Source: Haliotis rufescens
Taxonomy: Eukaryota
Direction of reading: 5' to 3'
Length of the DNA: 64,000 nucleotides
NCBI RefSeq assembly: GCF_023055435.1
Contig: NW_025963835.1
Location: 2,418,001-2,482,000, forward strand
Part shown: positions 58,101 through 64,000 of the stretch, one piece after another
How positions within the stretch are numbered: the first letter of the stretch is position 1
How the letters are laid out: each line of letters opens with the position of its first letter
Program-made: the position numbers and the translations under genes
The notes under the pieces: model-generated
Told to the model about the DNA's origin: nothing
Databases searched by the model: none
What the model saw: only the letters and a program-made list of their open reading frames with translations

Positions 58101-61100
58101 TCAGAATAGTAGACACAAATTTAAAGTATAAGGCGGTATAAACCTCAATGTCAAAGGGAGTTCACCGATATATCAACAATTATTCAGTATTATGCAATAG
58201 TGATGTATTTCAGGATAGATTGCTTGACTTACTTGTTTTCATACCAGACTCGCCAACCTACAGTCCCAAGCCAACTGTCGTCCCTGATATTACTGATACA
58301 AGTATCGACAAAAGTGACCTACTTTTCCGCTGTACGTTTCCCCTTTCGTCCGACCAAAGACTGTTCCACCAGACCACGTGGTATGTCAACGGCGTCGTTG
58401 TACACCAGCACCAACCTATGATAATGTTCAATGCCTACATTGACAACACAGAGATCACTCAAGCGAAGCTTAGCGCAGAGGGAATAACACAAATCGGGTT
58501 CAATGTAAGTCACACGCAGCTTTTCATGACGTCTAAACACTTTGATAGTCGGTTATAATACGATTTCTTTGTCTAGAAAGAGTAGACACTATACAATAGT
58601 CACAGCATGTACAATACTCGGTGTTATAAAAAGCTGAACATTCACAAATCAGACTCAAAATAGACAACCATTCCTGTAACAATATCTTTAGTCAAATCAA
58701 GTCAAATAAGATTACAATATTTGTAACTCAAATAGTAAGATTAAGTTTTATATAAAAAGGTGCTTTTGAAGTTAGATGTGTGTTTTTATATGTCGATATA
58801 TCTTAAGTGTAGGTCAATTACTGGCACAATATCATACTTTTCATGTCAGTGAAGTATTCTTTACATAACTAATGCTAAAAATAGAATTTCCATTTGTAGA
58901 TAACATGTGAGGTTCGATCTATGTACGGTGCAAGTTTGCCCTCAGGTCCAACAGCTAGTTCCGATCCTTTTTATGTCGGATTTGAGGTAAGATGACATAA
59001 ATCTTTTCGTATCTAATCCCATCTTATTCCATTGCAGATAGTTTACGTTTCATAACACCCTGTATTGGTATTTCAAATCATTCCAATTTCGGGATATCAA
59101 CACTATCATTAGGAATCTAATGACACCATGATAATTCACAGGTAAAGTTTAAGGTAGTATTACTTTTACTAATCTGATCAGTTTCATGTGTTGTTAATGT
59201 ATATACGCTGTTACGTTTGTCTCCCGCCTTGCTGTTGCTGGAATGTTGCTAAAGGCTGCGTAAGACCTCACTTACTACTTTTATTTAATCAGTGCTAAAA
59301 GCTGAGGTAATAGAGGCCTAAACCTAAATTCCTACTTAATGAACTAATAACGTCGAACCACCAGAGAATAACTAGAAATATCTGCCGAAACAGAGTGAGT
59401 GACTTAAAATATAACTGATATCATATAGGTTGTAAAAGGTAAAATAGTGATAAACATTTTATGAATGCAACACAATATCAGTGATGACACCACGTGGTTA
59501 CATATTTTATAACATATGTTTTACGTAGATCCTAACCAAAGAAATAACGATCAAGCAAGGTGAGACGGGACAGGTTCGAGTGCGAGCCACGGCGCCTTTC
59601 CGATGCGGAAACCTGTCCGAGACGTTCTCATCTTTTTGTTCCATGCCAATAGAGATACCAACTGCTAACTCAAAAAACGGGTTTTCCCAGGACGATTGCG
59701 CCATTTCCATACCTTATACACAGTGGAACCAACCAGTATTTGTTACTGTACATGGAACTATAACACCAGAATATGGCAGAGGACGACTGGATTCTCTACT
59801 AGTTCTGAGGACCCCTGCAGCAAGCCTGCTATTTCCCTATTGGGCCAACCATACTATTGGAACAGTAAAGGTAAGATAGTTTTAGACACCAACCACAAAG
59901 AGTCGTAATCGTTAGATTACACTTGCAACATCTTTAGTTGAATCTATTATATAAATAGGGGCGGTGGGGTAGCCTAGTGCTTAAATCGTTCGCTCGTCTA
60001 TTGACATGGTTACGTGTGAGGCAGATCGATTGTGTCTTCCCTCGATATTTTGCTGGATGATTGCTAAAAGTGGCGTAAAATCATACTCATGGTTATCTAA
60101 ATCAGTTTCAAATGTCTTGTTAAGTAACTATGATTTCCTTTCCTTTCAGGTTACAGTATTAAAAGATACAGCTCTGGTTAGAAGCAAATCATGCTCCTCC
60201 AATAACGACCCATATGTACGTCAATTTGATAGGATGTGAGTGCACAAGGTTATTCAGACTTCCAATCTCCAGTTGGAGAGTTCATTATTGGCTTTAAGAT
60301 TTTGGAACATTTCAGAGAAATTCAAGATATTTTATATGTCATGCGTATAGTTGTCACTACCTGGGCATAACACATATCTTAGCTGTTACTTGTTTATATG
60401 ATTGTAGATTATAGTCTTTACAGACCCCCATGAAATACCACTACAATCGCTGGCTACAGTATAAAATACAATACAGTATTCACTTTCTAAAGGGTTTGTT
60501 TGTACGTCGCACTCAGCAATATTGCAGCTATATGACGGCGGTCTGTAAATAATCGAGTGTGGACCAGACAATCCAATAATTGACATCATTAGCAGCGATC
60601 TACGCAATTTTGGATACCATAACATGCATCAACGAAGTTAAGGAACCTGACCACCCGATCCCGTTAGTCGCCTCTTACGACAAGCATAGTCACCTTTTAC
60701 GGCAAGCATGGGATGCTGAAGACCTATTCTACCCGGATCTTCACGGGCCACTTACTGAAGGAGACGTAGCGACAAGTCATCAAGTACAAACAGGGCCCCA
60801 TTCCCATAACGACCATCCCATTCTCAGAGGCTTTGTCGAACGGAACTCTTTTTATACAGTGTGATGCTGACAATATTTCTTTAAAGAGCTGTAAATAATT
60901 AAAACATATGTTTAATTAAAACTTATCAATTTGATTGACAAAACGTAACGTGATAATTCATTGTATCTCACAAAACGTATGTTTGACCTTTTTGCAGAAA
61001 GCTGACTCTACAGATGGAGGGACGTTTTACATTATATAAACTGGCTAGTCAATTAATAGAGGTAACAATATATATCTTCTTTTCTCTATATAGATATAAA

Positions 61101-63333
61101 AACGATCATTTATTCTCCATGAATCAATGACATGTATGTGTTGAAGCAGAAGTATGGTCACTATATCCATTATGCACAGGGAGAATAATGATGATGTTTA
61201 CTCCCCTGCTCCAGAAACCAATCAACCCATACAACTACCAACCGCACCCCCAACAGACTTGTGAACATGCGCACGGTATTGAGGGGATAGAACGGAGACT
61301 TCCGGGCCGGAGTCAGTATACCGTGACTGAGTTGGGTATCCATGTTAAACTGCGGCATGGTATCACAGTAGGCTAGCACTATAAACCCTGCTAGTCCTGA
61401 CTAGTACAGACAGCGACACATACACGTAAATGCGTGTCGCTGTTTGGGAAAACAATCCTGAACCCAAAACCAACCCTCAACAATCAATCTTATATCACTA
61501 ACAATTTAAATATTGCCTGTATCATCAATATGGTAATGTGCATTTACAGATACAGATCGATGTACAGAAATGTACCAGGAGAACTGGATACTGTAATTGT
61601 GGGGTAGCTGTTCAATCCGGGAAGACGGTGTTCTCCATCAATAGCTGCGATACCAGGTCATGGAGAATACAGCATCACGGCTGTGACGACTCTGACAACG
61701 CCATGGAAATAAAAAAGAGATACAGTATTTATGATGTGCGTATAAATATAGTTGCATGTGTAGATAAATCATCATTTATGAAACTACAAACTGATATCAC
61801 GGAATGTTGATATAAGCCTTTTTCACAATTAGCTATCATAATATGTATCTTTAAAATGAACATTGGGGCATACGGGATTCCTTCTAATAAAAGTCATTCC
61901 TAAATCTAGATTTCTAATTGTTACGAATCCATCACATATGACAGGATATCGTAGTTCTGACATTTGAACGTCACCGTTTGTCAAGTACACTGATATGTTG
62001 TCATTGTAGATATATTTGCCCACGGGGGCACGAGTACAAGTCCATACCTTCTCCATTGGGAACGGAAAGAACGCCTTAAATGTTTATCTTCCTGGCACGA
62101 TCCTTGATACGTTGGCAAGTCGTGGTTTGTGCGGCCAGCTCTCTAACACACGCAGTGACGACTTAATCATGAGAGATGAGACATGGAGCAGCAACAGAAA
62201 TACGTTCATCAATTCCTGGAGGTAAGGTTCCTTGAATGCATTTTATGTTTTAACTATGGAAATTTCTGAACAAAACGCGTATTGTCCAACGTGGTTATCT
62301 TTGTCGAATATGCGCATTTGACACATATATGCTACCATTTTTCAGAGTAGGGACGCACGACCTGTTTAACACCGATTATGTGAGGACACTTACAACGTTG
62401 CAACAGTCCCCAAAGTACTGCTCCTGTGAAGGCGGCAGAAACGTCACATGTTCTCTTTCGACGATGACCACTGTGGTCAGGCCAAATCATTACAAGGACG
62501 TTCCCTGTGCTATACACGGCAACAGGAAGAAGCGAATGGTGCCGAACAGGAACATCGGCCACCGATACAAAAGGGTATTCATTATATTTTTGTTTGTTTT
62601 TTATTCTAAGTTGAGGATCCCCCCAAATGCATATTATAAATGTTCATTACTTTGTTCCCTGAAGACAATTCTGCAAACACACGCAAGTTTCTGCATACAA
62701 TTAATTGTGATTTAAATTATTTAAACGGTTTGATTCACAATTTTTGCTATATGATTCAAATATAATCTCCTTTTGTAATTCCAGCAAACTTCAACAGAAG
62801 TGTGGAACAACCAGACAGCGGCTGAATTCTGCAACAACCTGTTCGCAGCGTCCACGACCGTCCAGCTGTGCAGCAACGTCACAGGAGTCGACATCAACAG
62901 CAGCCGCGACGACTGCATCAGTGACATTATGGTAAATTATAATACTTTATCGAAGGGCCAAACATATAACAGTCTTTGGCAATACTAATCATAATGATGA
63001 TAATAATAATATGGCTCGTTGTTTAGGTGACCTTAATAATTAAAATTCAGAGTATTTCTTTCCTTACGCTAATAATGTCTGTGATCAAGTTCTGAATATA
63101 TGACAATACCATAACATTATGTGCATATTTATAATGTTTGCAGCTCTCTGGCACAACTGACTTTCAAATGATGTCTATCGGCTCAGTGCGTACTTCCTGT
63201 GAGACGGAAGTATTTCTCAACCCCGATCTTTGGGTAACTGACCCCAACAACCCAGGGGCCCCTACTGTGTTAGACACGATCACCAACAACGTCTGTCCCA
63301 ACGACTGTAGCAACAGAGGCACCTGCAACAAAG
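55114..63333 (+). CDS. VWDE: VWDE-like gene copy 3, 3'-partial and continuing beyond the window. Exons 55114-55118, 55572-55648, 56009-56203, 57199-57345, 57712-57726, 58248-58504, 58900-58986, 59529-59870, 60150-60235, 60998-61061, 61550-61735, 62010-62221, 62346-62574, 62785-62931, 63144-63333
   Basis: Exon-for-exon homology with copies 1 and 2. Frame is open and splice sites are intact through the first half of the EGF domain. The start could alternatively be the ATG at 55585. Confidence 0.85.
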
Positions 63334-63412
63334 GTATATCTCACCACGCGTAAACTCAAGGGAGTTTATTGTTGAAATCATTTAATTTTATACACTATTG
63401 ATGCCGTTGCGA

Positions 63413-63413
<1 letters not shown>

Positions 63414-63458
<45 letters not shown>

Positions 63459-63459
63459 G
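63414..63459. repeat. (GTT)n microsatellite. Homologs at about 21305 and 38441
   Basis: Direct reading. Length varies among the copies. Confidence 0.95.
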
Positions 63460-64000
63460 CAGTAGATTCCGAGCCAAGAATTCACTGGATATTGGCGCAA
63501 CTATAGGTCATTATGTAAAGCTATTTTACGACAAACCTCTTACTTAATCTAATACCAGTGAATAAACATTAGACTAAATAAAGCTGAAAGGATCGTTGTT
63601 GACACAGGTACTATAGAAATGTACCCCGGGTACGTTTCTGTATACAGAAATGTACCCTTGCCAAAATCAAAATACAGAAACGTAACTGGTTCCCTTAACG
63701 GTAGACGAGTCCATATTCCCCAACCCGAAACCGACACTGGTTCATGTTGTAGATCCGGTTCGTCTGATTACGCGTGCATGCGTGCATCGCGGAAAATTAG
63801 ACTAACGTTCGTACGTCACTATATGATACGCTGGAATGCAGCTTAAGAAGATAATCGAAAAGTTCCTCCTGACGAACGCCTACTTCCATGATGAATTTAA
63901 CCGCTGTTTGGCACACAGGAAGTGACGAATATCTAATGAACCGGTTACGCGCATTGCACCCTGCGGCCCTGCGGCGGAATGGATTCACGTTAGGGCACGT

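Overview
AT-rich, intron- and repeat-rich animal genomic DNA with four N-gaps. The SINE content suggests a mollusc, possibly a gastropod such as abalone; this is inference only. Two gene families are visible, all on the + strand. (1) 1-3836: the 3' part of an inosine-uridine preferring nucleoside hydrolase gene. It has two paralogous, phase-incompatible copies of its active-site exon (1844-1977 and 2494-2636), so they are probably mutually exclusive. The first copy begins with the same 8 nt as the upstream 5' splice site, as a recursive splice site would. (2) About 11.5 kb to the end: a tandem array of three copies of a 19-exon VWDE-like gene encoding signal peptide, D8C-like domain, Ig-like region, VWD, EGF, Thr-rich stalk and a probable GPI signal. 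Copy 2 is intact (about 980 aa by summing exon lengths). Copy 1 has a 112-bp deletion that creates a stop before the anchor. Copy 3 runs off the window. The copies are recombinant mosaics, shown by conflicting retroposon insertion markers. Between copies 2 and 3 is a 38 x 59-bp tandem array amplified from the core of a LINE reverse transcriptase. The rest is SINEs, MITEs, LINE and Penelope remnants and simple repeats. Exon structures were read by eye from GT-AG signals, frame continuity and cross-copy conservation. No database search was run.
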